From positions 256,001 through 320,000 of the forward strand of contig CAWFJJ010000028.1 of the NCBI GenBank assembly GCA_963816185.1: a stretch of DNA of 64,000 nt, given 5' to 3'. The notes under the pieces are model-generated. The model ran no database searches and was not told where the DNA came from. It saw only the letters and a list, made by a program, of their open reading frames with translations. The DNA is from Thermoanaerobaculia bacterium (lineage in GTDB: Bacteria; Acidobacteriota; Thermoanaerobaculia; UBA5066). Every line of letters starts with the position of its first letter. Position 1 is the stretch's first letter. Position numbers and translations under genes: made by a program. Positions 46,001-57,457 of this stretch are shown here, piece by piece.

Positions 46001-46974
46001 CACGTCACGCGGTGCGCGCGTACGTTCGCGAGGAGGTCCGACAATCGGAACGGGCGCTCCCCACGCACGCGCTTGCGGGCGAGAACCGTCATGAGGCCGC
46101 GAGGCAGGAACACGATGAAGAGCACGATGATCAGGCCGAGAACCGTCGGATGGAGCTCGAGGAACCTGCTCCAGACGTAAGTCGAGAGAAGCTGGTAGAC
46201 CGCAGCGCCCAGGACGGGGCCGAGAACCGTTCCGGCGCCGCCGATGATCGTCGCGATGATCATCTGGAGCGTGTAATCGATCTTGAAGAAGTCGCCCGCC
46301 GTCACGTGGATGTTTTGGTACGCGGTCAGGCCGCCGGCGAGGGATGCGAAGACCGCCGAGAGCGCGTACGCGGCGACCTTGAAGAGGGTCGTATTGATCC
46401 CGAGCATGCGCGCAGCGTCCTGGTCCTCCCGGATGGCCACGCATCCGTTCCCGAGCTTGGAGCGGGAGAAGGCCCACGTGAGGACGAGGCCGCCGATCAC
46501 GAGCGCGAGCGCCGTGTAGTAGAAGAACACGCCTTCGGTCTTGAGGGGCAGGTCGATGCCCGTCGATCCCTCCGTCACGCTGTCCCAGGTGTCGGCGACC
46601 TGGGACAGGGCTTCGGCCACGCCGAGCGTCGCGATGGCGAAGTAGTGCCCCTTCAGGCGCAGGATGGGGAGCCCGAGGAGGATCGCGACGAGCGCCGAAA
46701 GGAGCGCGCCCGCGGCGAGCGCGGGGAAGAACGGGACGTGCCACTTCCCGATCATCAGGAGCCCCGTCGTGTAGGCGCCGATCCCGAAATACGCCACGTT
46801 GCCGAACGCCGCGTACCCCGTGTATCCCCCGATGAAATTCCAGCCCTGTGCCATGAGCGCGAGGACGAGGAAGCGCGTGTACGTCAGGAGCTTGTAGCTC
46901 GAGACGAGCTTCGGCAGGGCGACGAGGAGCGCCAGGAGGAGGACGAAGGCCGCGACCGCTACGCCTCTCTTCAA
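46000..46974 (-). CDS. LivM-type ABC permease
   Basis: WNFIGGYTGY, LRLKGHYFAIATL. Confidence 0.85.
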   Translation of the reverse strand: MKRGVAVAAFVLLLALLVALPKLVSSYKLLTYTRFLVLALMAQGWNFIGGYTGYAAFGNVAYFGIGAYTTGLLMIGKWHVPFFPALAAGALLSALVAILLGLPILRLKGHYFAIATLGVAEALSQVADTWDSVTEGSTGIDLPLKTEGVFFYYTALALVIGGLVLTWAFSRSKLGNGCVAIREDQDAARMLGINTTLFKVAAYALSAVFASLAGGLTAYQNIHVTAGDFFKIDYTLQMIIATIIGGAGTVLGPVLGAAVYQLLSTYVWSRFLELHPTVLGLIIVLFIVFLPRGLMTVLARKRVRGERPFRLSDLLANVRAHRVT

Positions 46975-47838
46975 ACGCTCTTTCCGGCGATGCCTTGCGG
47001 GCGCAGGATGAGAAGAAGCACGAGGATTCCGAACGTCACGGCGCGCGACAGCGAAGGCAGGCGGGCCCCGACGAAGACGTCCACGAACGCGAAGATCGCG
47101 GCTCCGATGACGACGTTCGCGACGTTCCCGAGGCCCCCGAGGACGCAGATCGCGAAGGCTCTCTGGGTATAGGTCCCGCCGAGCGTAGGGTCGAACGGGC
47201 ACGATCATGGAGAGGAGCGACCCGGCGGCGCCCGCCATGGCGGCGCCGATCGCGAACGTCGCGGCGTAGATGGTGGCGACCTTCACGCCCGTCAGGCGCG
47301 CGGCGTCGAGGTCCATTCCGGTCGCGCGGATCGCGCGGCCCGTGCGCGTGGCCTTCAGGTACCAGGCGAGGCCCGCGACGAGGACGAGGGACACCGCGAG
47401 CGCGCCGAGGCGGATGTAGGGAACGCGCACCGGCCCGAGCGTGAAGCCCGTCCCGCTGTAGGAGGTCGTGACGGAGCGCAAGTCGGCCTTGAAGAAGAAG
47501 TTGATGAGGTTGACGATCAGGAGCTCGAGCCCGAAGGTCAGGAGGAACGTCGCGAGAAGCGGCGCCCGGATGATCTCGTTGATGAGCCTGCGCTGGATGC
47601 CCCAGCCCAGCGCGAACAGCGCGAGCATCGCGACGGGGATGGACAGGAACGGGTCGATTCCGAAGAGCTCGTGCAGAAAGAACGTGATGTACGCGCCGAG
47701 CACGATGAACGCCCCGTGTGCGAGGTTCACGATGTTCATGATTCCCCAGACGAGCGAGAACCCCAGCGCGACGAGCGCCAGGATTCCGCTCAGGAGAACG
47801 GCGTTGACGAAGATCTGGCCGAGCTCGGCCCCTCCCAC
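46971..47838 (-). CDS. LivH-type ABC permease, frameshift near 47190
   Basis: GFSLVWGIMNIVNLAHG; GRAIRAT. Confidence 0.82.
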
Positions 47839-47842
47839 GCGC

Positions 47843-49063
47843 CTACTTCCGCTTGTCCCACGCCGGCATCGGGTAGAGGGCGTCCTTTTCGGCGACGGAC
47901 GACGGGAAGACGGTGTATTTGCGGCCGTCCGGCTGGAGCTGTTCGATCGCCATCGGCTTGAACGTGTTGATGCCGCGGCTGTCGAACTTGATCCGGCCGT
48001 AGAACGTCATGATGTCGAGGGCGGCGATCGCGTCGCGGACCTTCGCGGGGTCGAGCGTGCCCGCGTTCTCGATCGCCCGGCAGAACGCGATGACGGCGGC
48101 CGAGGACTCGGCGATCTGGTAGGGGATGTCGTGGAACGCCGGATTCTTGGCCCGGAAGGCATCCGCATAGCCCTTCGGCGTCTTCCACGGGTCGGTGCCG
48201 TTGTACTTGAGAGCCTCGGTCCACTGAGTGGCGCCGAAGATGTAGTCGGCGTTCTTCTTCAGGTTCGCGCGAAACTCCGGCGAGGACGGCCCGACCGAGA
48301 AGCCCATCGCCTTCGGCGAGACGCCGAGGTCCTTCGCCTGCTTCACGATGAGGAGCGAGTCCTGCAGGTGCCCGGCGCCGAGGACGATATCCGGGTTCTT
48401 GCCTTTGATCTCCGTCAGCAACGCGCTCACGTCCTGCGTGAGTGTCGGGTAGAGCTCCTGGTAGACGACCTTGAGGCCCTTCTCTCGCGCGTAGTCCGCG
48501 GCGCCGCCCGCGACCTCCTTCGAAAACGGCTCGTTCTCGCCGAGCACCGCCACGGTCTTGACGCTCTTGTCCTTCGACATCACGAGGTCGATGAGACCCT
48601 TGAGGTAGAGCTTGGCGGGGGAGAGCACCGCGAACGTGTACCTGTAGCCCTTGCTGAAGATCGACTCGGCCGAACCGTTCGCCTCGATCATCGGGATCCT
48701 GTACTTCTCGCAGATCGGCGCGGCCGTGCCCGAGGGCGCCGAACCGTACGGGCCGAGAATGAAGGTGACCTTGTCCTCGTTGATCAGCTTCTCGATGAGC
48801 TGGGCCGTGCTCTCGGACTTGGACTCGTCGTCGTAGTACTTCACGGCGATCTTGTACTTCTTCCCGCCCACGGCGATGCCGCCCTCGGCGTTGATGGTCC
48901 CGACGGCGAAGTCGTAGCCGTCGCGCGTGTATTCGCCCTCCTTGGCGGTCTTCCCGGTGAGCGAAACGGCGGCTCCGAACGTGATGGTGTCCTCGGCGAA
49001 CGCGGGAAACGTCCCGAACGCGAGTACGAATGCGGGCAAGGCGACCAGCGCGGTACGCTTCAT
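47843..49063 (-). CDS. LivK-type ABC substrate-binding protein
   Basis: Signal peptide; YYDDES; LGPYGS. Confidence 0.88.
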   Translation of the reverse strand: MKRTALVALPAFVLAFGTFPAFAEDTITFGAAVSLTGKTAKEGEYTRDGYDFAVGTINAEGGIAVGGKKYKIAVKYYDDESKSESTAQLIEKLINEDKVTFILGPYGSAPSGTAAPICEKYRIPMIEANGSAESIFSKGYRYTFAVLSPAKLYLKGLIDLVMSKDKSVKTVAVLGENEPFSKEVAGGAADYAREKGLKVVYQELYPTLTQDVSALLTEIKGKNPDIVLGAGHLQDSLLIVKQAKDLGVSPKAMGFSVGPSSPEFRANLKKNADYIFGATQWTEALKYNGTDPWKTPKGYADAFRAKNPAFHDIPYQIAESSAAVIAFCRAIENAGTLDPAKVRDAIAALDIMTFYGRIKFDSRGINTFKPMAIEQLQPDGRKYTVFPSSVAEKDALYPMPAWDKRK

Positions 49064-49134
49064 GGGATGCCTCCTGTGACCATCGTCCTCAAGTGTGTGC
49101 GCGAACTATACCCGAGGGACCTTTACGCCAGGAG

Positions 49135-49647
49135 ATGGCGGTCGTGACGGACAGGCGGCGGTTCGTCGGCGTGTGGGAGCTGGAGGGAATAGAAGAAGGA
49201 GATTTCTTAGAAAGTAAGAGGGGAACGCCGGAGATCGGAGGAACTGGAGATTTCTTAGAAGGGAAGAGGGGGCCCGTCCCGGGTTTCGAGCGGCCGGTGG
49301 GGCTGCTGATCTACCTCGCGTCGGGCTTCATGTCGGTCAATTTCGCGGGGACGTCGCGCGTCCCCTTTCTAAGAGAATTCTCCCCGTCCCCCTCGGAGCT
49401 CGCTGCGGCCGGAGCGGCGTACGGCGGGTACGCGGGGCGGTGGGAGCTGGAGAGAGGCGCCCCGGTGGTCGTCCACTTGCCGGAAGTCTCCTTCGTGCCG
49501 AACCGCGTCGGTGCGCGCCTTCGGCGCTCTTACTCATTCTCAGAAAATCTTCTTTCCCTCCGTCCCATCGCCCTTTCGCCCGGCGAGGCGACCCCCGATC
49601 GTGTCCTGAGATGGCGCCGGTGCGTGGCGAGGAAGCTCGGAACGTAG
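49135..49647 (+). CDS. Lipocalin-like domain protein
   Basis: FVGVWEL...PVGLLIY..GFMSV...YAGRW...LRWRR. Confidence 0.7.
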   Translation: MAVVTDRRRFVGVWELEGIEEGDFLESKRGTPEIGGTGDFLEGKRGPVPGFERPVGLLIYLASGFMSVNFAGTSRVPFLREFSPSPSELAAAGAAYGGYAGRWELERGAPVVVHLPEVSFVPNRVGARLRRSYSFSENLLSLRPIALSPGEATPDRVLRWRRCVARKLGT

Positions 49648-49659
49648 CCGGGAGCGCCC

Positions 49660-50112
49660 TCAGGTCCGGTCGATCGCGTCGAGGATCGCCCGGGCGACCT
49701 CCTCGACGGCCTCGCCGACGGCGGGGGTGACGTCGTCTCCGGGGTCGACGTGCTCGGCCTCGATGCCGTAGACGGTGAGGGAGACCGGCAGCCGCCCGAG
49801 AGCGCGCGCGGTCTCGATTCCCTCGGCGACCCCGGGCGAGTGGGAGGAGATCCAGCCCGCGTCGCAGGGCACCGGACCCTCCGTCGCCTCGAAGCGAAAG
49901 ATCGTGCCGGGTGCGTGGCCGGAGACAGAGCGCGTCGACGACGACGACGTGGTCGAGGGCCGCCAGCGCTCCATCAGGGAGAGCCCGTCTCCGCAGTGTG
50001 CTCGACGGTGCGGACTCGCGAGGAGCCTCGCAGTCGGCGGGCCGCGAGGAGGCCCGCGGCGTCGTCGCCACGGAAGTCGTTCCCGACGCCGATGACGAGC
50101 GAGCGGCGCCAC
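49660..50112 (-). CDS. Hydrogenase maturation protease, frameshifted
   Basis: VIGVGNDFRGDDAAG; VVVVDA; VYGIE. Confidence 0.85.
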   Translation of the reverse strand: MAPLARHRRRERLPWRRRRGPPRGPPTARLLASPHRRAHCGDGLSLMERWRPSTTSSSSTRSVSGHAPGTIFRFEATEGPVPCDAGWISSHSPGVAEGIETARALGRLPVSLTVYGIEAEHVDPGDDVTPAVGEAVEEVARAILDAIDRT

Positions 50113-50113
50113 G

Positions 50114-51427
50114 TCAGTCCCTCTCGATCCGGAGCTTCAAGGAAGTGCGTGGCGCAGGAGATGCACGGGTCGTGGTTGCGGACGACCTGCTCGCACAGCC
50201 AGCGTGAGCCGCTCCTGCGGCGAGGTCGAGGTGGGCCTCGCACGAATCGCGCCCAGGTCGGCCTCGATCGCCCGCAGGTTCTGGGCCGTCGGGCGGGACG
50301 ATCCGCGCGTCCTCGGATGAGCCCGTCCGCGCCGATCCGGTAGCGATGGTAGAGGAGCCCGCGCGGCGCCTCGGTGGCGGCGGCTCCCGTCGCGGCGCGC
50401 GGCGCCACCTCGACGAAGGACGGCTCGGGGGGCTCGTACGATCGCGAGGATCCGCAGGGCTTCGTCGACGGCGTAGAGCGTCTCGATCGCAGCGGACGAG
50501 GATGCTTCTGAAGGGATTCCGGCACGACGGTCCCGAGCCCCGCTTCCTTCGCGGCGGCCTGGATCGGCGCGGGCAGGCGGTCGAAGTTCAGGCTGTAGCG
50601 GGCGAGCGGACCGACCTGGATGATGCCGCCGCCCTTGCGCCGGCGAGTGGAGCGCGTTCGAGCGCTGGACGTGCTCTTCCTCGAAGTGCTTCTCGTAGTC
50701 CGCGGCGGGGATGTCGAGGCCCTCGCTCGAGACGATCCGCCCCTCGTTCATGGGGTACTCGAGACGGGTGCCGGAGCGAGACGAACTCGTGGTCGGAGGT
50801 CGAGGTCGGGGAAGTCGAAGCCCGAGGCCCAGCGCAGGAGCTCGACCGCCTCGCCGCGCGCCCTTTCGAGCTCTCGGCACGAGCGGAGCCAGCTCCGCGG
50901 CCGACGGCGCGCGGTAGAAGCCGCCGACGCGGACGTTCACGGGGTGGATCTCGCGCCCGCCGACGGCGGTCACGATCTCGTTGCCGGCCTTCTTCAGCGC
51001 GAAGGCTCGAGCGTGACGAGCCTCGGGGTGATCCTTCGCCATGTGGAGAGCGCTCTCGTAGCCGAGGAAGTCGGGCGCGTGGAGCATCGCGACGTGCAGG
51101 ACGTGGCTCTCGATCCACTCGCCGCAGTAGAGGAGCCGGCGCAGCTGCGCGGATGCGCGGCCCGACGTCAGCGCCGCAAGCCGCCTCCATCGCATGGACC
51201 GAGCTCATCTGGTACGCGACGGGGCAGATCCCGCAGATGCGCGCCGTGAGATCGGGAGCCTCGCCGAACGCGCGACCGCGCAGGAAGGCCTCGAAGAAGC
51301 GCGGCGGCTCGTAGATGTCGAGCTCGCACCTCCTGCGACCTTACCCGCGCGGACGCGCACCTTGAGCGCCGCCCTCGCCTTCGACGCGCGCGAGCGCGCT
51401 CACCGTGATCGTCCGGACCTCACTCAT
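50114..51427 (-). CDS. Group 3b NiFe hydrogenase large (alpha) subunit, frameshifted
   Basis: [25 protein letters not shown]. Confidence 0.9.
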
Positions 51428-52204
51428 GGAGCTCGCTCTCCTTCCGGAAAGCCTCGGCGCACGCGTTGAACGATCGGAACGCCCGGCCGATATACGGCCG
51501 GAGAGACGCCAAGCCCGCTCCAGAGCGCGGCGAGCGACGCGGTGTTCGGCGATCTCCATCGGCCCGAAGCACGCGTAGCAGCCGCGGGCGATACGACGGG
51601 GCAGAGCGCGCCGCACCCCGCCTGCGTGACCGGTCCGAGGCACGGCGTGCCGCGGGCCACCATGACGCAGGGAGTGCCCTCCCGCTTGCACTCGAGGCAG
51701 ACGCTCGACGCCGGCGTCACGGGCTTGCGGCCCGACGAGGAAGGCGCTCAGCGACCTCGAGGAGCTGCTCCTTGCGGATCGGGCAACCGCGCAGCTCGAA
51801 GTCGACGAAGACGTGGTCGCGGATGGGAGTGGACTTGCCGAGCACCTCGAGATACTGCGGCGAGGCGTAGACCGCCCGGGCGAACTCCGCCACGTACGGC
51901 GAAGTTGCGAAGGGCCTGGATCCCTCCGGCCGTCGCGCACGCGCCGATCGTGACGAGGAACCGCGGCACGCCGCCGGATGCGGTGGATCCGCTCGGCGTC
52001 GTGCGGCGTCGTGATGGAGCCCTCGACGAGGACGAGGTCCCACGGGCCCCTTCCCGACGGCGCGGGAGGCCTCGAGGAAGTTGTCGATCGAAGACGGCGC
52101 CGGCGACGGCGAGGAGCTCGTCCTCGCAGTCGAGGAGAGAGAGCTGGCAGCCGTCGCAGGACGCGAACTTGAAGACGGCGAGCTTAGGCTTCTGCGTCCG
52201 CCAT
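51424..52204 (-). CDS. Hydrogenase small (delta) subunit, frameshifted
   Basis: [32 protein letters not shown]. Confidence 0.88.
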
Positions 52205-53042
52205 TCAAAGCTCCCGCCGGGACATGAGGTCCCAGACGTCGGCGCAGGGGAAGACCGGACCGTCCCGGCAGACGAACTTCGGCCCGCACTGGCAGTGCCC
52301 GCACAGGCCGACGCCGCACTTCATGTTCCGCTCGAGGGAGAGCCACACCTGTCGCGGCGGGCACCCCGCGGCGCTCCAGCTCCAGGACGGTGAACCGCAT
52401 CATCGTCTCGGGGCCGCAGACCATCGCGACCGTGTTGTGCGGGTCGAACGGAACGCGCGGGATGAGCGTCGTGACGACGCCGACGTTCCCGCGCCAGGCG
52501 CTCGTCGCGCGGTCGACCGTGACGTGGACGTCGAGGTCGAAATCTCCTCGCCAGAGGTGGAGCCGCCGGCGGTAGAGGATGTCGTCCGGCGTGCGCGCCC
52601 GTAGAGGAGAACGACACGGCCGTAACGATCGCGATGCGAGAGGATCTCGCAGAGAGCCGGGCGAAGCGGCGCGAGTCCGATGCCGCCCGCCACGACGACG
52701 ACGTCGCGGCCGGCCGCCTCCTCGACCGGCCAGGTCGTTCCGAAAGGACCACGGACTCCGATCGCGTCGCCGCGCTTCAGGGCTGCCCATCCCGCGCGTC
52801 ACGGCGCCGACGACGCGCGTCGTGTGGACGAGGCTCCGCGGGAATCGCCGGATCGCCGCTGATCGAGATCGGGACCTCGCCGATGCCGAAGACGTAGAGC
52901 ATGTTGAACTGGCCCGGGCCGAACGCGGAACGCCGCCGCCGCCCCTGGGGCGGAGCTCGAGCGTGAACGTGTCGGCCGTCTCGCGCTGTTTCCGCTCGAC
53001 GACGAAGGGGACCGGCAGCATCGGGTCGGGCGCCGCCCTCAC
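52205..53042 (-). CDS. Hydrogenase gamma (FAD/NAD-binding) subunit, frameshifted
   Basis: [30 protein letters not shown]. Confidence 0.88.
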
Positions 53043-53561
53043 AGCGGCGGCCGCTCCGGACGCGCCTCGACGGCCTGCGTCACCGGTGTCTCCGGGCCGG
53101 CTCGGCGGCGTAGAGATCGAGGAGCTGCAGGCGAGTGGCGTCGAGGCGCTGCCCGACGATGTCGGCGAAGCGCTTCAGGAGCTCGTAGCCGAGGTCGTGG
53201 TCCTCCTCGCACTTCTCGCCGAAGGCACCGCGCCATCGAGGGTGAACGCGCGCGTCGAGGTCCTTGGCCAGAGCGCGTGAAGCGCCACCGGTAGGGAGGG
53301 ATGAGCCACGACCATCCGAGGATGTCGCCGTCCGTCACGGTTTGGATCGTGACGGGCCCGTGGGGCGGAGCGCCGACCTCGACGGCGACTCTCCCGTGCC
53401 GCAGGATGAAGAACTGGTTCGCCTCTTCGCCCTCGCGGAAGAGGAACCTGGCCCGGCTCGAAGCGCTCGTTCTTCGCGCAGCCGGCGACGGTCGCGATCT
53501 GGGAGGGCGACAGGTCCTTGAGGAAGGGGTGTTCGGCGAGCAGGGGGTAGAGGGTTTCCAT
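53039..53561 (-). CDS. Cyclic nucleotide-binding domain protein, frameshifted
   Basis: [17 protein letters not shown]; GDILGWSWL. Confidence 0.8.
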
Positions 53562-53573
53562 CGGTCTCCTCCG

Positions 53574-54733
53574 TCAGGCGGCCGGCGCGCGCCGGTCCTC
53601 CTGGAGTACCGCGGGCCTCTTCCGTGAGGTCGATTCCCGCCGGGCACCACGTGATGCAGCGGCCGCAGCCGACGCAGCCGGTCTCGCCGAACTGGTCGAC
53701 CCATGTGCCGAGCTTGTGCGTCATCCATTGGCGGTAGCGCGCGGAGACGCTCCTTCGGATGCTGCCGCCGTGGATGTAGGAGAAGTCGAGCGTGTGGCAC
53801 GAGTCCCACCGCCGCCAGCGTTCCGCGGACTCGCCCGGCGAGGTCCGAGAAGCGTCCTCGACGGTCGTGCAGAAGCACGTGGGGCACACCATCGTGCAGT
53901 TCGCGCAGGAGAGGCACCGGCTCGCGATCTCCTCCCACCGCGGGCTCTCGGCGCTGCGCCTCGAGGAGCTCCTTCAGGTCCGGTGACCTCGAGCGTGCGC
54001 CCCATCGCGCTTTCGGCCTTTCGCGTCGCGGCGTGGGCGGCCGCGAGGTCCTCCGGGCAGGGCCGGGCGGGAGTCGATCCGCGCGAGGAGCGCTCCTCCG
54101 CGCGCCGATGCCGACCTCCACGAGGAATTCGTGACGGCCCTCGGCGAGGAGCTCCGTGAGTGCGAGATCGAACCCCGCGTGCGCGCGCGGTCCGGTCCCG
54201 AGGGAGGCGCAGAAGCACGTGACCTCGGCCTCGCCGCACTGGACGACGACGATCAGGGCCGCCTCGCGCCGGGCGCGATACGCGGAGTCGACGTAGGCAC
54301 CGCCGAGGAAGACGCGGTCCTGGCGCGCGATGGCGGCGAGATCGCACGGCCGGACGCCGAGGAAGGCGAGCGGGGCGCGAGTCCGCCGTGTCCCGCTCCA
54401 CACGAAGGGTCCGCTTCTCCGCGCGAGGCGCCGAAGAGGCGTAGCGAGGCGGGAGAAGAGGAACCGCTTCCACGCGTGAGGGCCGACCGTGTATCCGAAG
54501 AGAGCGCCGTCGCCGCGCGCCCTGAGCCGGTAGCGTCCGTTAGACTGTTCCTGCCCGACTCCGGCCGGAAGCTGGGCCGCGGAGGCGATCTCGTCGTAGA
54601 CGATCGCTCCGTCCCTCACCGTCGGCCCGAGAACGCGATAACCCGATTCGAGAATGGCGTCGAGCAGGGCGGAAAGCTCGTTCCGCCGCGATCACGTGGG
54701 GCAAGGCGCGGGACGCCTCCTCGGAGGCTTTCA
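53574..54733 (-). CDS. Hydrogenase beta (4Fe-4S) subunit, frameshifted
   Basis: [26 protein letters not shown]. Confidence 0.88.
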
Positions 54734-54851
54734 TTCAAGACCTCTCTCTAAAGAGATGGGGCGGCTCACGTACCGAGTGTCAAGGGAGCAAGACGGCTCA
54801 TGGCCGCCGCTCCGCGGTTCTATGATCGAAGCGGGCCTCGGGAGGACTTGA

Positions 54852-55322
54852 ATGAAAGACTCCATCTCATTCCGGCTCAATGGGAAATCGATCCGGCTCG
54901 ACGTCGACGGCGACCGCTCGCTCCTGTGGGTTCTGCGCACCGACCTCAGCCTCACGGGAACGAAGTTCGGGTGCGGCGCGAGCCTCTGCGGCGCATGCAC
55001 CGTGGTCGTCGGCAAAGAGGCGGTCCGCTCGTGCCTGCTGCCCGTCAAGGCCGTCCGCGGCAAGGATGTCACGACAATCGAGGGGCTGGAGAGGGACGGA
55101 AGGCTCCATCCTCTCCAGGAGGCCTTCGCGGACACCGGAGGGCTGCAGTGCGGCTTCTGCACGCCCGGGATGATCATGAACGCCTACGCCCTCCTGCTGA
55201 AGAACCCGAAGCCCTCCCGGCCCCAGATCGTCGCGGGGATGGAGGACAACCTCTGCCGCTGCGCGGCCCACCACCGGATCGTCCAGGCCATCGAGCGCGC
55301 CGCCGCGGGAGGCGCGGCGTGA
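54852..55322 (+). CDS. (2Fe-2S) subunit of molybdoenzyme (IorA/CoxS-like)
   Basis: GCGASLCGAC, QCGFC, LCRC. Confidence 0.92.
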   Translation: MKDSISFRLNGKSIRLDVDGDRSLLWVLRTDLSLTGTKFGCGASLCGACTVVVGKEAVRSCLLPVKAVRGKDVTTIEGLERDGRLHPLQEAFADTGGLQCGFCTPGMIMNAYALLLKNPKPSRPQIVAGMEDNLCRCAAHHRIVQAIERAAAGGAA

Positions 55323-57457
55323 GCGCCGTCGCCTCTCCCCTGAGCCGCCGCGACTTCGTCCGGCTCCTCGGTGGCGGAATCATCGTGCTCTTCAACGTCG
55401 ACGTGTCGGACCTCATGGGGCAGGAGGCCCGCACGAGGGGCTACCCGACCGACTTCAACGCCTACCTGAGGATCGCGGCAGACGGCCGCGTCACGGTCTA
55501 CTCCGGGAAGATCGAGATGGGGCAGGGCATCGTCACGTCGCTCGCGCAGATGGCCGCGGACGAGCTCTCCGTGTCCCTGGATTCCATCGACATGGTCATG
55601 GGGGACACGGCCCTCTGCCCGTTCGACAACGGAACGTACGGCTCCATGTCCACCCGTTTCTTCGGCCCGGCCCTGCGCGCGGCGGCGGCCGAGGCGAAGG
55701 CCGTCCTGCTCACGCTCGCCTCCGAGCGACTCGGGACGCCTCGCGCTGCGCTTCGCGTCGAGGACGGCGTGGTGTTCGTGGCCTCGAGCCCGAAGGTCCG
55801 CGTCACATTCGGCCGGCTCGCGAACGGCCGGAAGATCGTCCGCAAGCTGGATGGCAAGGCGGCGACGAAGTCCGTCTCCGAGTTCCGCGTGATGGGAAGG
55901 CCGGAGAAGCGGCGCGACGCGCGCGCGAAGGTGACGGGCAAGGCCCTGTATGCCGGGGACGTCCGCCTGCCGGGGATGTTGTACGCGAAGGTCCTCCGCC
56001 CGCCGGCCCACGGCGCCGCGCTGAAGAGAGTCGACACGTCCGCGGCCTCGCGCGTGCCGGGCGTCGTGGTCGTGCACGAGGGCGGGATGGTCGCCGCGCT
56101 GGCCCCCGATCCCGAGACCGCCGAGAAGGCCCTCGGCCTCGTGAAGTCCGACTGGGACGTCCCGAAGCCCGCCTTCGACGACCGGACCGTCTTCGCGCAC
56201 CTCCTCTCGGTGGCGGGCGTTGGCGAGGAGAGGGAGAAGAAGGGGAGTCTCGCCGACGGCGAGAAGGCGTCCGCCGCGCTCTTCGAGGAGCAGTACGTGA
56301 ACGGCTACGGCGCGCACGCGGCCATCGAGACGCACACTGCGCTCGCCCGCCTCGAGGGGGGGACGATGACGGTCTGGGCCTCGACGCAGACGCCGTTCCC
56401 GAACCAGCAGGCGATCGCGCAGGCCATCGGCTTTGCGAAGGAGAACGTCCGCGTCATCACCCCCTTCGTGGGCGGCGCTTTCGGCGGCAAGAGCGGCGGC
56501 GGCCAGCAGGCGATCGAGGCGGCGACGCTCGCGAAGGCGACCGGCAAACCGGTCCAGGTGTGCTGGAGCCGGGCCGAGGAGTTCTTCCTCGACGCGTTCC
56601 GGCCGGCGGCGGTCGTGAGGATCCGATCGGGACTCGACGGCGCGGGGCGGATCTCCCTGTGGGACTACCAGGTCTACGCCGCGGGATCGCGCGGCGCCGA
56701 GCAGTTCTACGACGTCCCGCACAACCTCGTCCGCACGTACGGGCGCTGGGGAGGCGACACGCCGAAGATGCACCTGTTCGCCACCGGTCCGTGGCGCGCG
56801 CCCGGCGCCAACCTCAATGTCTTCGCGCGGGAATCGCACCTCGACGTCATGGCGGCGAAGGCCAAGGTGGATCCGCTCGAGTTCCGGCTGAACAACACGT
56901 CCGACAAACGCATGCGGCGCGTGCTTGAAACGGTCGCCAGCCGGTTCGGCTGGAAGAAGGCAGCGGGGCCGAGCGGCCGCGGCGTCGGGGTGGCCTGCGG
57001 GATCGACGCCGGAACGTACGTCGCCCTGATGGCCGAGGTGAAGGTCGACGCCGCGACCGGACGCATCCGCGTCGCGCGGATTGCCTGCGCACAGGACATG
57101 GGCGTCGTGATCAACCCCGACGGCGCGTCGATGCAGATGGAAGGCTGCATCATGATGGGCCTCGGGTACGCGCTCTCGGAGGAGGTCCGCTTCGACGGCG
57201 GACGGATCCTCACGCGGAACTTCGACACCTACGAGCTGCCGCGGTTCTCCGGAATGCCCCCGCTCGACACCGTCCTCGTGAAGAACGACGAGCTGACGCC
57301 GCAGGGAGGCGGCGAGCCGGCCATCGTCCCGGTCGGGGCGGTCGTCGCGAACGCGGTGTTCGACGCCACCGGCGCCCGCCTGAACGAGATGCCGATGACC
57401 GCCGAGCGGGTCAAGAAAGCGCTGGACGAGGTCAGATCCCCAGGTAAGCCTTCTTGA
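55319..57457 (+). CDS. Molybdopterin-binding subunit (IorB-like)
   Basis: SRRDF Tat-like motif, EMGQG, GGAFGGK, WRAPG, GGGEP. Confidence 0.9.
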   Translation: MSAVASPLSRRDFVRLLGGGIIVLFNVDVSDLMGQEARTRGYPTDFNAYLRIAADGRVTVYSGKIEMGQGIVTSLAQMAADELSVSLDSIDMVMGDTALCPFDNGTYGSMSTRFFGPALRAAAAEAKAVLLTLASERLGTPRAALRVEDGVVFVASSPKVRVTFGRLANGRKIVRKLDGKAATKSVSEFRVMGRPEKRRDARAKVTGKALYAGDVRLPGMLYAKVLRPPAHGAALKRVDTSAASRVPGVVVVHEGGMVAALAPDPETAEKALGLVKSDWDVPKPAFDDRTVFAHLLSVAGVGEEREKKGSLADGEKASAALFEEQYVNGYGAHAAIETHTALARLEGGTMTVWASTQTPFPNQQAIAQAIGFAKENVRVITPFVGGAFGGKSGGGQQAIEAATLAKATGKPVQVCWSRAEEFFLDAFRPAAVVRIRSGLDGAGRISLWDYQVYAAGSRGAEQFYDVPHNLVRTYGRWGGDTPKMHLFATGPWRAPGANLNVFARESHLDVMAAKAKVDPLEFRLNNTSDKRMRRVLETVASRFGWKKAAGPSGRGVGVACGIDAGTYVALMAEVKVDAATGRIRVARIACAQDMGVVINPDGASMQMEGCIMMGLGYALSEEVRFDGGRILTRNFDTYELPRFSGMPPLDTVLVKNDELTPQGGGEPAIVPVGAVVANAVFDATGARLNEMPMTAERVKKALDEVRSPGKPS

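Noticed and set aside
49198-49272. Short tandem duplication GGAGATTTCTTAGAAxGxAAGAGGGG in the lipocalin-like gene
   Set aside because: Only two copies, in frame; no evidence of function and possibly an artefact
49660-54733. Decayed hydrogenase operon
   Set aside because: Same indel pattern; gene order and metal-binding motifs are the usual group 3b arrangement
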